Origin: Candidatus Hydrogenedentota bacterium
GTDB lineage: Bacteria > Hydrogenedentota > Hydrogenedentia > Hydrogenedentales > SLHB01
Length of the DNA stretch: 64,000 nucleotides
Direction of reading: 5' to 3'
Assembly: GCA_963674865.2 (NCBI GenBank)
Contig: CAXXYE010000002.1
Span: forward strand, 64,001 to 128,000
Part shown: positions 29,658 through 39,801 of the stretch, in pieces
Position numbering within the stretch: the stretch's first letter is position 1
Layout of the letters: each line of letters begins with the position of its first letter
Made by a program: the position numbers and the translations under genes
Notes under the pieces: generated by a model
Database searches by the model: none
What the model was told of the DNA's origin: nothing
What the model saw: only the letters and a program-made list of their open reading frames with translations

Positions 29658-30653
29658 CTATGTCTTGTTCACCTCGTTCTTGTCGTCATCCCGCTTCTTC
29701 CCGCAGGACGGAGCGAGACGTTGAATCTTCGCATCGATATCCCACCGCTCACGCGCCCTCAGGACGGCCGGGTGGCGCGTAATGCTCTTTACCAGGCGCA
29801 TCAGCGGGCCGTTCGGATCGCGAAGCGTGCGGAAGAAAAGCACCACGTCCCACCGGTCGATTCGTCGAAACGTGCGCGCCGTATGGGCAGGGTCATCATA
29901 GTCCCTATACTGGGCCGTATGCACTTGCTCGTATGTTGAGAGCGTTGGGTCAAGGTGTCCCCAGCGCTCCAGGAGGGCTTGCTTGTCGTTGACGCCGATC
30001 TCTCGGTTGGACTTGCGAACCGTCAGATTGGCGTGGCGATGGTGTTCGACGTACGAGTCCGGCGAATCGATGCAAGTGTAGCCTTCTTGCGCCATTCTCA
30101 GGCAGAGGTCGGCGTCGGCAGCGTAGAAGAAGAACGTGTCCTCGTCGATGTAGCCGACATCCTCAAGGGCCTTCTTGAGGTATAGGCCGTGATTTACGAA
30201 GATCGTGCCATAAATGCGGCTCACGAAGTAGCTGTCATTCAGCGCGGGCCTCTCGCGGTAATAGAACGCGACTGCGCCGGTCTTCTTGCCCTTCTCAAGC
30301 TGCTCCTCAAATAGCCTGTAACCATTCATAATTGCTCCGGGCACCAGAAGGCAATCATCACTGATCATGCAGACGTACTTGCCTTGCGCGGCTTTGAAGC
30401 CGAGGTTCATGAAGTAACCCCAGCTCTTTCGCTCAATGGCCTTGCCCCGCCAGACGCCCCGATTATGCTGCACTATCGTGATGACATCTTTTTGCCGTGT
30501 GAGATAGGCCAACGCCCCGTCCGTAGAGCCGCCGTCCACGACGATAATCTCGTAGGGGACGTCCATCCCGTGCTCTCGCACATTGTCGAGGGTAGCGCGC
30601 AAGTAGCGCTTGCGATTATAGGAGCCAAAGACCACTGAGATGACGGGTTTCAT
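29658..30653 (-). CDS. glycosyltransferase family 2
   Basis: ISVVFGSYNR, VVDGGSTDG, MISDD, ADADL; start placed at MKPVIS. Confidence 0.87.
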   Translation of the reverse strand: MKPVISVVFGSYNRKRYLRATLDNVREHGMDVPYEIIVVDGGSTDGALAYLTRQKDVITIVQHNRGVWRGKAIERKSWGYFMNLGFKAAQGKYVCMISDDCLLVPGAIMNGYRLFEEQLEKGKKTGAVAFYYRERPALNDSYFVSRIYGTIFVNHGLYLKKALEDVGYIDEDTFFFYAADADLCLRMAQEGYTCIDSPDSYVEHHRHANLTVRKSNREIGVNDKQALLERWGHLDPTLSTYEQVHTAQYRDYDDPAHTARTFRRIDRWDVVLFFRTLRDPNGPLMRLVKSITRHPAVLRARERWDIDAKIQRLAPSCGKKRDDDKNEVNKT

Positions 30654-30708
30654 TGTTTTGCCGAGGAGCCCCCATCTGTATCTCGTGATCGTGTCGAGCA
30701 CGCTGTCT

Positions 30709-31812
30709 TCATGACGCCAGGCCTCGGTAGACATTTGCCATTCGGCAGGCCGCTTCTTTCCAGGAAAAGCGTCGCACGCGTTCTCGCCCTTTGGCGGTAA
30801 GGCGGGCGGTATCCTTGCCGTCAAGCAGGTGGGACATGGCGTTGGCCAGGTCCTCTTGGCTTGCCGGGTCGAAGAAGAGGGCAGCGTCGGCGGCGACTTC
30901 GTGAAACACCGGGATGTCGGAAGCGATAACGGGAGTCCCGCAGCTCATGGCTTCAAGTAAAGGAATTCCGAATCCTTCGGCCAGGGAAGGATAGATGAAG
31001 GCCGTCGCTCCGGCATAGGCGCGCCGCAGGTCGGCATCCGACAAGCCGGGCAGAAGGTGTAGCCTGTCCAGAAGTCGCTGCTGCAGGAGGAAATCCGTCT
31101 GAGGTATATCCAGCGTGTCGTTTCCGCCTGCCACGACGAGATGCATGTCACTTTCGAGGGCGGACATCGCGAATGCCCTCAACAGAGTGTTGAAGTTCTT
31201 GTACGGATTGCGAGAGCCCACGTAGAGCCAGTACCGTCCGGGGATGTCGCAGCGACTTCTGAACTCTTCGGCCTCTTTGGATGTGGTGGGAGATTCCAGG
31301 AACACGCCGCTTGCGGCCGGGTAGATAACGCTGATCCGTTCTTCTTTTGCGTCGGTTCGGCTGAGGATTTGGCGCTTCGTTTCATGCGAGATGGCGACGA
31401 TCGCGTCGGCTGTTTCGATGGCTCGTTTTTGCTCGGCGACAAACGCTTGTGCATTCTGTCTGAGAAATGGGAATTGGGCGAAAACGAAATCGTAGACGGT
31501 GAGAAGTGTCTTCACGTCGGGCGATGGCGCGGGTTGGTAATAGGTTGAGTGAAAGACATCCGGCCGAAAGGACTTGATGAGAAGCGCGTTGGCAAGGGGT
31601 CTGAGCCTTTGGGGTCCTTTCTTGAATTGCTTGAGCCGGCGTATGCGGAATGAATCCGGCAGGGGGGTCCGCGAGGGGCCCGTTTTCTGAAGGGCGGGGA
31701 TGATATCCTTGTGATCGCTGAGGATATTCTCGAGAATCTCGATGAAGTAGCGGTTCACGCCGCCGGCCGCTTGCATACGGAAGATCATGTCATCGACGAG
31801 CACCCGTGTCAT
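30709..31812 (-). CDS. glycosyltransferase family 4 (group 1)
   Basis: FHSTYY, YVGSRNPYKNF, YPSLAEGFGIPLLEAM; ATG at 31812 overlaps the upstream stop. Confidence 0.92.
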   Translation of the reverse strand: MTRVLVDDMIFRMQAAGGVNRYFIEILENILSDHKDIIPALQKTGPSRTPLPDSFRIRRLKQFKKGPQRLRPLANALLIKSFRPDVFHSTYYQPAPSPDVKTLLTVYDFVFAQFPFLRQNAQAFVAEQKRAIETADAIVAISHETKRQILSRTDAKEERISVIYPAASGVFLESPTTSKEAEEFRSRCDIPGRYWLYVGSRNPYKNFNTLLRAFAMSALESDMHLVVAGGNDTLDIPQTDFLLQQRLLDRLHLLPGLSDADLRRAYAGATAFIYPSLAEGFGIPLLEAMSCGTPVIASDIPVFHEVAADAALFFDPASQEDLANAMSHLLDGKDTARLTAKGRERVRRFSWKEAACRMANVYRGLAS

Positions 31813-33281
31813 GGCGCACAGTCTTTCCTGGCAGAGGGCGGAGTTTCCTGGGGGGGGCTTGATTCTTGTATCGCGCCGTAGGCCTGAAAAAACTGTTCTT
31901 CCCATTCGCTCAGAACAGAGGTGTGCGCCTTGTCCCCGTGTGCGTACCAGCCCCGCCGGTAGCGTCTCTCAAAGGCCGGGGAAAACGACGGCGTCATGGG
32001 CGTGAAGATGGTCTCCTGCCTCTCTCCCTTGCTCAGGAGTTCCTCGGTCTCCTCACCCATGACACGGCGCTGGTACTCTGAGTAGTCGGTCTTGGCGTAG
32101 AAGGAAGGGTAGGCCGTCTGGAGAGAGGGGAATAGGTCATTGTAGGAGTGCTTGTCCGAGTACTGCCAGAAGAACGTGTCTCCGGGGGCCCGGCCGTCGA
32201 AACCGAGGAATAGCACGTGGTTCGCAAGTGTGGTCGCGAGGGGTAATAACATCAGATTCAGGACATTTCCCACGCGCGGCAGGGCAAAGGTGCGTCGCAG
32301 GTCGAGATTGTGGATGTCGCCTGAGGCGGGGGCGATGGGGATGCCGATGGTTTTGTCTCTGTTCCCGGCGAAGTCGCGGGCGACAATCTCGTCGAAATCC
32401 GAGGGGTAGACAAAGCGTGTGGACTGAGTGCCCAGAAGACATGCGAGGTCTTCCCGAAAGGCTCTTGAATACGTTGTGTAGCCATAGTGGTACACGGCGT
32501 CTCCGGCGGCGATGAAGTGCGGTTGCAGGCGGGTGAGGAGGTCGTGATCCTTAACGATGGTGTTGCATACGAGGCGATAGCCATCGGAAAAGTCGAGATG
32601 CTCCGCCAAGCTGAGCGAAGGGCCGGTACCGAAGACGTAGCATCGGTCGTACTTGGGAAGGGCGGCAAGATAGTCGAGAAAACGTGCCTGGTGGGCTTCG
32701 AGGTCAAAATGGTGGTCCACCAGGCGGCTGCGTAGGCGCAAGTACTCAAGCGCCTCGAGAGGGTCAGAGAACCGATCCAGTGTCTTCGAGGTGACTAGGC
32801 CGCGCAAGAATACCCGGACAAGTTTGGCCTTCCCGGACGGCGGCTCCTGCCGCCAGCGAATGAGCGTCCCGCGCCTACGGAGCGCCTTCCAGACGGCGCA
32901 CGCGAAGGGGAACACGCCTCGCACAACCTGTTGTTTGCCTTGGGGTTCGGGCATTGCTCCAATGTGCTCCGGACGCTCGGCGGCGTCGACTGTGCCGGGG
33001 CCCGGAAAGAGGAGGGTTGCGTCGCACTCCGGAAGATAGTAGCGAACACGCCAGAACTGCTCGCGAGCTTCTTCAGCGGAAGTGAAACGAGGCCAAAGAA
33101 GTACGGGCGGAAGGGACGTGCTTGAGGTAATACCTAGTCTCAGCAGGTGGCCGACGCCTCGCCCAATGACGGCGACAGCGCGCTCAACAGCCCGCTGAAT
33201 CCTGTGGTAGACGGCGCGCAGAACCTTGAGAAAGGGGCCTGGAGTCTCTTGCTTGATGGGGCCTGAATGTGTCCTATTCAT
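31809..33281 (-). CDS. second DUF115/Maf-like putative transferase with N-terminal extension
   Basis: CYVFGTGPSL, VCN, LLPLATTLANHVLFLGFDG resemble the motifs of 26201-27109; start uncertain. Confidence 0.6.
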   Translation of the reverse strand: MNRTHSGPIKQETPGPFLKVLRAVYHRIQRAVERAVAVIGRGVGHLLRLGITSSTSLPPVLLWPRFTSAEEAREQFWRVRYYLPECDATLLFPGPGTVDAAERPEHIGAMPEPQGKQQVVRGVFPFACAVWKALRRRGTLIRWRQEPPSGKAKLVRVFLRGLVTSKTLDRFSDPLEALEYLRLRSRLVDHHFDLEAHQARFLDYLAALPKYDRCYVFGTGPSLSLAEHLDFSDGYRLVCNTIVKDHDLLTRLQPHFIAAGDAVYHYGYTTYSRAFREDLACLLGTQSTRFVYPSDFDEIVARDFAGNRDKTIGIPIAPASGDIHNLDLRRTFALPRVGNVLNLMLLPLATTLANHVLFLGFDGRAPGDTFFWQYSDKHSYNDLFPSLQTAYPSFYAKTDYSEYQRRVMGEETEELLSKGERQETIFTPMTPSFSPAFERRYRRGWYAHGDKAHTSVLSEWEEQFFQAYGAIQESSPPQETPPSARKDCAP

Positions 33282-34197
33282 TGTCAGCCTGTTTAGACTG
33301 CTTCCTAAAAACACAGTGTATCTGGCCTTCACGCACCCGCCGATATAGGTCTATGTAGCCGTAGGACTCAATGAGCGAGATCGCTTCGTCTGCGGAGGAA
33401 TCGAAGTACTGCAGGTGCTCGGGGTGTATTTCGATGAACAGCGTTCGCGGGCTTTGAGGCGATGACAGCAGTTTCTCCATCCCCCGCAAGGCTAGGATTT
33501 CCGCGCCTTCGATGTCTATCTTCATGACATCAGGTGCGGGGAGAACACGTTCGGCGATTGCGGAGTCCAAGTCGCGAGTTGCGATGGTTATGGATTCACC
33601 GTGCCTAGGGGTCTTCTCCAGGCTAGGTGACACTTCGCCCACGGGGCCGCTTCGATGCAGTGTCGCTTCGCCTGCTTTGTTGGAAACCGCCCAGGGCACG
33701 ACCGTGATGTTCGCGAAGCGGTTTAGCGCCACGTTTGCCTCAAGCCTCTCACGGTAGCTAGGCTCGGGCTCGAAGGCCCAGACGCTCGCTCCTTTGGCTG
33801 CGGCGTTTATTGCGATGAGGCCGACGCAGCCGCCAATGTCGAAGAAGACGTCGCCGGGCCTGAGTTCGTCAAGGATAAGTCCTGTAAATTCTTGCTCGTC
33901 GCCATAGTTCTCGATACGGATTTCTTCAATCCGGGTTGTGATCCGGAAGAGGCAGCCGTCCTCAACAAACGTCTTCATGCGGATCGTGCGGGGAAACGGC
34001 GTAACAGGTTGCTTGACGAGGAGTCTGTAAAGGATGCTCATCTTCTCGCGGAATGACGTGATGATCTCGATGCCATCCACGGGAATATGGAATTTCTTAT
34101 AGTGCGGCGCGAGACGCTGGGCCTCCGTCTTCATCATTTCCCTGGCGGTTCTCCTGACCCGCGTGGAGATTCTTGTTAGTAGGCTGGTGCTATTCAT
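33274..34197 (-). CDS. FkbM-family methyltransferase
   Basis: FFDIGGCVG, AFEPEP, MKIDIEGAE, IEIHP. Confidence 0.88.
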   Translation of the reverse strand: MNSTSLLTRISTRVRRTAREMMKTEAQRLAPHYKKFHIPVDGIEIITSFREKMSILYRLLVKQPVTPFPRTIRMKTFVEDGCLFRITTRIEEIRIENYGDEQEFTGLILDELRPGDVFFDIGGCVGLIAINAAAKGASVWAFEPEPSYRERLEANVALNRFANITVVPWAVSNKAGEATLHRSGPVGEVSPSLEKTPRHGESITIATRDLDSAIAERVLPAPDVMKIDIEGAEILALRGMEKLLSSPQSPRTLFIEIHPEHLQYFDSSADEAISLIESYGYIDLYRRVREGQIHCVFRKQSKQADNE

Positions 34198-34212
34198 CTT
34201 CCGGCTCTTTGA

Positions 34213-35514
34213 CTACTCGATCATTTCTGTTTCCCATGGGATATCCATGAGGATCATACCGGGCCGCTTCTGGAGGAATCGTGCTTTGTCTCCGTCGCGG
34301 CGGTCGTGCAAATGAAAACGGAGTACGGAGGGATTTCGGTAGACTACGCTGCTGTACGGCACTCCCATACTGAAGGAGATGGTGTAGTGTCCCTCGTTCA
34401 GGATGTCTGTCGGCAGCCGGAACCGGGCGCGGTAGTGGCCCGGGGCGCGTGGTTCGAGCGCTGAAGCGTCTACATCGGAGTCGGCCGTGCTGACAACAGG
34501 GGTCTCCGTCTCGTTCATGATGTGGCAGATTACGTGACTATGTTCCACAAGGGCGTTTATGTCGTACTCGGCCTCGATCCACGCGTCTTGGCCGCGGCAG
34601 AGTTGGGATTCATAGGTTCCGTCGTTACCGACAATGGCGACTCTGCGTAGACGCATGGGGACGGAGGGGTCCGCGGAAAAACTGACGCAGCCGGAGTTGG
34701 CCTCGCCGCAGTCTTCGAGATAACGTTCCACGGCTTCGTCAATAGTCTCTATGCACTGGATGCGCCCTTGGCTCAGGTAGACTCCGATGGAGCAGAGCCT
34801 TCGGATCACTTCCATGTTATGACTCACGAAGAGGATGGTGCGGCCCTCTTGTGAGACGCTGTTCATTTTGCCCAGGCACTTTTTCTGAAAGGCGGCGTCG
34901 CCTACGGCGAGTACTTCGTCCACCAGGAGGATTTCCGGGTCGAGATAGGCGGCGACGGCGAAGGCAAGGCGGACGCTCATGCCACTTGAGTAGCGTTTGA
35001 CGGGGGTATCGATGAACTTCTCGCACTCGGAGAAGGCGACGATCTCATCGAACTTCGCGTCAATCTCGCGTTTGCGCATTCCGAGGATGGAGCCGTTCAT
35101 GTAGACGTTCTCTCGGCCGGTGAGTTCGGGATTGAAGCCGGTGCCCACTTCGAGAAGCGAACCGACGCGGCCATGGATCTCCGCCCAGCCCTCGGAAGGT
35201 TCTGTGATTCGCGTGAGGAGTTTCAGAAGCGTCGACTTGCCTGCACCGTTTCGTCCGACAATTCCGATCACTTCTCCACGTTTGACCTCGAGATTGATGT
35301 CGCGAAGGGCCCAGAATGTGTCCTCGCGGAGCTTGGGGTTCAACGGAATACTGCGTGCACCGGATTCGGGTGGGGCCGCTCTGCCTTCGCCCTGTCGGGA
35401 GGAGCCGCCACGTCTGCCGCGGAGCCGCCTCAGGGCGCGCCGGTAGTCAATGGTCTGGCCGATCTTGTAGCACTTGCCAAGTCCCTCGGCGCGAATCACC
35501 ACATCACTGTTCAT
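34213..35514 (-). CDS. wzt: polysaccharide ABC exporter ATP-binding subunit with C-terminal Wzt carbohydrate-binding domain
   Basis: GRNGAGKSTLL, LTGRENVY, YSSGM, DEVLAVGD, FVSH; ~150-aa C-terminal domain. Confidence 0.92.
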   Translation of the reverse strand: MNSDVVIRAEGLGKCYKIGQTIDYRRALRRLRGRRGGSSRQGEGRAAPPESGARSIPLNPKLREDTFWALRDINLEVKRGEVIGIVGRNGAGKSTLLKLLTRITEPSEGWAEIHGRVGSLLEVGTGFNPELTGRENVYMNGSILGMRKREIDAKFDEIVAFSECEKFIDTPVKRYSSGMSVRLAFAVAAYLDPEILLVDEVLAVGDAAFQKKCLGKMNSVSQEGRTILFVSHNMEVIRRLCSIGVYLSQGRIQCIETIDEAVERYLEDCGEANSGCVSFSADPSVPMRLRRVAIVGNDGTYESQLCRGQDAWIEAEYDINALVEHSHVICHIMNETETPVVSTADSDVDASALEPRAPGHYRARFRLPTDILNEGHYTISFSMGVPYSSVVYRNPSVLRFHLHDRRDGDKARFLQKRPGMILMDIPWETEMIE

Positions 35515-35543
35515 GGGATCGAGTTCTCGTAGTAGACGACAGA

Positions 35544-36560
35544 CTAGACGATATCTGCAAAGGTCTTTTCCGTGCGCTTGAAGTAATGAAGTCCAAGAAC
35601 AAGAACAACAACCATGACTGCCGCGCCAATGGCGACAATCCGCCACGGCGCCTCGACAGGGACTCTGGTTGTCTCTTCGATGAAGGCTTGAACGGTATTG
35701 CTCTCGGTGGCTCTAACAACGACCTTTTGTGCAGTTGTCAAGGTGTCGGGAAGCGCATTTCCTTCGAGCAACGAAGTAGCTGTTTTCTCGACAAACATGT
35801 GCGAGTGAAGGAGACACCACCTGAATCCTTCGACGACGCCCGCCATGGGATTAAGTCCGTAGAGATACCGCCAGTTGCCCCAGGATTCCGGCAGGCGGCT
35901 GAAGGGGAGGATCACTGTGCAGTACATCCAGATCTGGACGAGATAGGCGAGCATCATGCGCACGTCACGGTACTTGACGTTCAGACAGGCCAGGATTAAG
36001 CCGGAGCCCAGCGCCGTCCCCACGGCAATGAGCGTCAACAGGGGAAGGAACAAGGCGGTCAGGGGAATGGGAATGCGGTACCACATCATCATTCCGACGA
36101 GGATTAGGAACGCGACGAGGAAATCGACCAGGAAGGTGATACATGTGCCTACAGGGATGATAAGTCGAGGGAAATACACCTTTGTGTACAGCCTGGCATT
36201 GATGACCAGGCTGTTGCTGGTAGCCTTGAAGGCTCCCGCGAAATACTGCCAAATGAGGAGTCCGGCATAGTAGAAGATGGGGGCGGGGAGCCCATCCGAC
36301 GGCAGGCTGGCCAATTTCCCGAAAATCATGGTGAAGACTATCATCTGAAAAAATGGGGCGAGAACGGCCCACACGGGCCCGAGCAAGGTCTGTTTGTAGC
36401 GGACGACGATCTCCCGCCAGACGAAGAAGAAGAAGAGCTCGCGGTAGCGCCAGAGTTCGGCGAAGTCGATGGGGACCCACCCTTTTGAGGGGCGGATGAT
36501 CGTCACCGGGGGCGCTTCGCGCACCGGAGCCGCCGAGTCTATCGCGGTGGAGTCGCCCAC
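35544..36560 (-). CDS. wzm: polysaccharide ABC exporter permease
   Basis: ELWRYRE, RYKQTLLG, KVYFPR, NVKYRDV, LNPMAGVVEGFR, FADIV. Confidence 0.92.
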   Translation of the reverse strand: MGDSTAIDSAAPVREAPPVTIIRPSKGWVPIDFAELWRYRELFFFFVWREIVVRYKQTLLGPVWAVLAPFFQMIVFTMIFGKLASLPSDGLPAPIFYYAGLLIWQYFAGAFKATSNSLVINARLYTKVYFPRLIIPVGTCITFLVDFLVAFLILVGMMMWYRIPIPLTALFLPLLTLIAVGTALGSGLILACLNVKYRDVRMMLAYLVQIWMYCTVILPFSRLPESWGNWRYLYGLNPMAGVVEGFRWCLLHSHMFVEKTATSLLEGNALPDTLTTAQKVVVRATESNTVQAFIEETTRVPVEAPWRIVAIGAAVMVVVLVLGLHYFKRTEKTFADIV

Positions 36561-37071
36561 TAATGCTCCCTCTTGCCTAAGAGTAATAAAATCAACACGT
36601 TGCCTGTCCGAGAAGATAAGCCTAACACTATCTTCGCCGGAAACCGCATCTTATGTCAAACGGCCTCCGGATCGTGTGGGAATAGGATGGGTTCGGTGTT
36701 GTCCCAACGCCTTGAAGGCCTGTCGGCGCGAAGGCCCTTGGGCCCCGCGTTGAGTCGCTCAGAATATCCCCTTCCCCGCATACCAGGGGCGCACCATAGC
36801 ACGTGCGGCGGCGCTGCAACAAACGCGGGGTGCCTGGTGGCTGTATGAAGGGCGTCTGGACTTCCTCGTGCGGGCGAGACGCCGCAGGGCGGCCGGCAGG
36901 ATGCCGGCACCGTGATGACTGCGGCCACATCCGGGAAGCCACTTTCTGGGGCCCGTCAATCGAGTGCCATTGCCGGGGCGTCGTGTCGATTGGGGCGTGC
37001 ATTATCTGGGGTTTGCCTCTATCATGGTTGCCCTACAGTATGAACAGGCGGCAGAAGGAAGGGCTTAGACA

Positions 37072-39687
37072 ATGAGCGGCAACTCCGGAAGCAAGCTCCT
37101 AGCCTCGGGGCCACAGCGGACTTATGCGGGCAGGCATCTCACCACGATCTCGTTTCCTTTGGGGGGCATCGGCACGGGAAGCGTGGGGCTTTCGGGCCAA
37201 GGCGGCCTGGTGGACTGGGAGATCTTCAATCGGCCCAATGTCGGTTCGCGGTTTCCGCGAACATTTCCGCTGATTTGGGCGCGCGAACAGGGCGAAGCGC
37301 CGGTGTGCCGCGTGCTGCTGGGGCCTGCGCAGCCGCCGTTTCAGGGGCGGGGCCATGGCGATCCGCATGATGCGGGGGAGGGGCTTCCGCGCATGACGGC
37401 GTGCACCTTCCGGGGGGAGTATCCCTTCGCGTGGGTGGATTTCGCCTGTGAGAAGCTGCCCGTGAAGGTCTCTCTCGAAGCCTATAATCCATTCATCCCG
37501 GGCGAGCCGGACGATTCGGGCCACCCGGCGGCGATTCTCCGCTACACGCTCACCAACCGCACGCAGCGGCCGGTGCGCGCGACGGTTGCCTGGAGTCTGC
37601 TCAACATGATCGGCTCTATCGGCAATGCCGAACGTGATCCAAGCTTCCGCGATGTTGATTTTGGATTCGGGCAGAACGTTAACACGGCTTTGGACGATGG
37701 CGGCGTCCGCGGGCTGCTGTTCACGTCGGAGAAGTATCCGGAAGGGCATCCGCGGCATGGGTCGATGGCGCTGGTGACGCCGGAGCGTTCGGTGACGGTG
37801 TTGCGGCGTTGGGCGCGGCTGGGCTGGTTCGACGCGTTGCAGGATTTCTGGGACGGATTTGGCGCAAAGGGCGGCTTTGAGGGGTGTGAGGAGGACACTC
37901 CTTCGGAGGAGGGGAAGACGGATGCGGGGGCGTTGGGCATCCGAGTGAACCTGAAGCCGGGTGCTTCGCGAACCGTTACGTTCTATCTGACGTGGTACTT
38001 CCCCGTGTTCGAGAAGTACTGGGGCAAGGTGCCGTGCTGCGATAGCCCGAGTTGCTGTGGGGCGGGCGGCCGCGCCACGTGGCGGAATTACTACGCGGGG
38101 CAGTTCGATGACGCGCTCGATGTGGCCAAGAAATTGCGGGGGAAGGAGAAGCGGCTGCGGGAGACGTCCTTACTGTTCCATGATGCGCTTTTTTCGACGA
38201 CGGCGCCGCCGCAGGTGCTCGATGCGGTTTCGAGCCAGATGGCGATCTTGAAGACGGCGACCTGCCTGCGCTTGACGGATGGGACCTTCTACGGCTTCGA
38301 AGGCTGCTCGCCGGTTTCGGGCTGCTGCGAGGGATCTTGCACGCACGTGTGGAATTACCAGCAGGCGTTGCCGTTCCTCTTCCCGAGCCTTGAGCGCTCG
38401 ATGCGGTCGGCGGATTACCGCTACAACATGCGGGATGACGGGGGCATGTGTTTCCGGCTGCGGTTGCCGCTCGGGTCGCCGCCGGACACTTTCCACGCGT
38501 GCGGGGACGGGCAGATGGGGGGCGTCATCAAGACGTACCGAGACTGGAAGATCAGTGGGGATGACGCGTGGCTGCGCAGTGTCTGGCCGAGCGTGAAACG
38601 CGCCCTCGAATACGCGTGGGTGCAGTGGGATGCCGATCGGGACGGTGTGATGGAGGGGATTCAGCACAACACGTACGATATCGAGTTCTTCGGGCCCAAT
38701 CCGTTGATGGGGGGCTTCTACCTCGGAGCGCTGGCGGCCGCGTCTGAGATGGCCGAGTATCTCGGCGATACGGCGGCCGCGGCCGAATACCGAGAGGTCT
38801 ACGGGAAGGGCCGGGCATGGATTGAGGAACACCTCTTCAACGGGGAGTTCTATGTTCAGCAGTATGATCCCGAGAAGGCGCCGCGGTATCAGTTCGGGGC
38901 GGGCTGTCTGGCCGATCAGGTGCTTGGGCAATGGCTGGCCAAGGTGGCCGGGCTGGGCGACGTGCTGGATCGTAAGCAGGTGCGCCGGGCGCTGCGCTCG
39001 ATCTACAAGTGCAATTGGAAGGAGGATTTATGGGGCCACGCCAATGCCCAGCGCGTGTATGCGTTGCAGGATGAGGCGGGGCTGGTTATGTGTACGTGGC
39101 CGCACGGCGGGCGACCCGCTTTTCCGTTCCCCTACGCCGACGAGGTGTGGACGGGCATCGAGTACCAAGTTGCGAGCCATCTGATCATGGAGGGGATGGT
39201 GGCGCAGGGGCTGCGTATCGTCAAGGGCGCACGTGAGCGCCACGACGGCCTGCGGCGGAATCCGTGGAATGAGTTCGAATGCGGCAACCACTACGCGCGG
39301 GCGATGTCGTCTTATGGGCTATTGACAGCCGTTGGAGGCTTCACCTTTGACAAAGGCGCCGGGCGCATCGGCTTCGCGCCACGGCTGAATCAGCGCGATT
39401 TTGAGACGTTTTGGGCGCTTGACGGCGCTTGGGGCACCTATTCACAGCGCGTAAAGGGCGCCAAGGTGCATATCGAACTCAAGGTACTACATGGCGCGCT
39501 GAAGGTGCGGCAGATCGATCTCGCCCCGGAGCTGATTGGGGCGCGGGAGGGTGTGAGGTTGGCGCGGCCGAGGGTTTGCCGTCCGGGGAAGCCGTTGGTT
39601 ATGGCCATTGCGCTGAAGAAAGGCCGAGGGCGAGCGTCCAGTTCCGTCGCCGATGCCAGCTTGCGAGAATGTGACGCCTTGAGATAG
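37072..39687 (+). CDS. GH116-family (non-lysosomal glucosylceramidase-like) glycoside hydrolase
   Basis: FPLGGIGTG, FRGEYP, YGFEG, EGSCTHVWNY, HNTYD, NPWNEFECGNHYARAM. Confidence 0.9.
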   Translation: MSGNSGSKLLASGPQRTYAGRHLTTISFPLGGIGTGSVGLSGQGGLVDWEIFNRPNVGSRFPRTFPLIWAREQGEAPVCRVLLGPAQPPFQGRGHGDPHDAGEGLPRMTACTFRGEYPFAWVDFACEKLPVKVSLEAYNPFIPGEPDDSGHPAAILRYTLTNRTQRPVRATVAWSLLNMIGSIGNAERDPSFRDVDFGFGQNVNTALDDGGVRGLLFTSEKYPEGHPRHGSMALVTPERSVTVLRRWARLGWFDALQDFWDGFGAKGGFEGCEEDTPSEEGKTDAGALGIRVNLKPGASRTVTFYLTWYFPVFEKYWGKVPCCDSPSCCGAGGRATWRNYYAGQFDDALDVAKKLRGKEKRLRETSLLFHDALFSTTAPPQVLDAVSSQMAILKTATCLRLTDGTFYGFEGCSPVSGCCEGSCTHVWNYQQALPFLFPSLERSMRSADYRYNMRDDGGMCFRLRLPLGSPPDTFHACGDGQMGGVIKTYRDWKISGDDAWLRSVWPSVKRALEYAWVQWDADRDGVMEGIQHNTYDIEFFGPNPLMGGFYLGALAAASEMAEYLGDTAAAAEYREVYGKGRAWIEEHLFNGEFYVQQYDPEKAPRYQFGAGCLADQVLGQWLAKVAGLGDVLDRKQVRRALRSIYKCNWKEDLWGHANAQRVYALQDEAGLVMCTWPHGGRPAFPFPYADEVWTGIEYQVASHLIMEGMVAQGLRIVKGARERHDGLRRNPWNEFECGNHYARAMSSYGLLTAVGGFTFDKGAGRIGFAPRLNQRDFETFWALDGAWGTYSQRVKGAKVHIELKVLHGALKVRQIDLAPELIGAREGVRLARPRVCRPGKPLVMAIALKKGRGRASSSVADASLRECDALR

Positions 39688-39801
39688 GCTGTCTTGAGGG
39701 TTAGCCCGTGCCGACGAGCAGGTTGGAATGGGTCCCGACCGATTTGATTTGAGAAGCCGAGCCGTGCCGGCCATCGAGTCGCCGGAGAGGAGGAATCTCG
39801 G

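Noticed and set aside
36915..36945. GCCAC...GGGAAG resembling part of a cobalamin riboswitch
   Set aside because: The other conserved elements (B12 box, GGGAA..GGTG) were not found and neighbouring genes are unrelated to B12.
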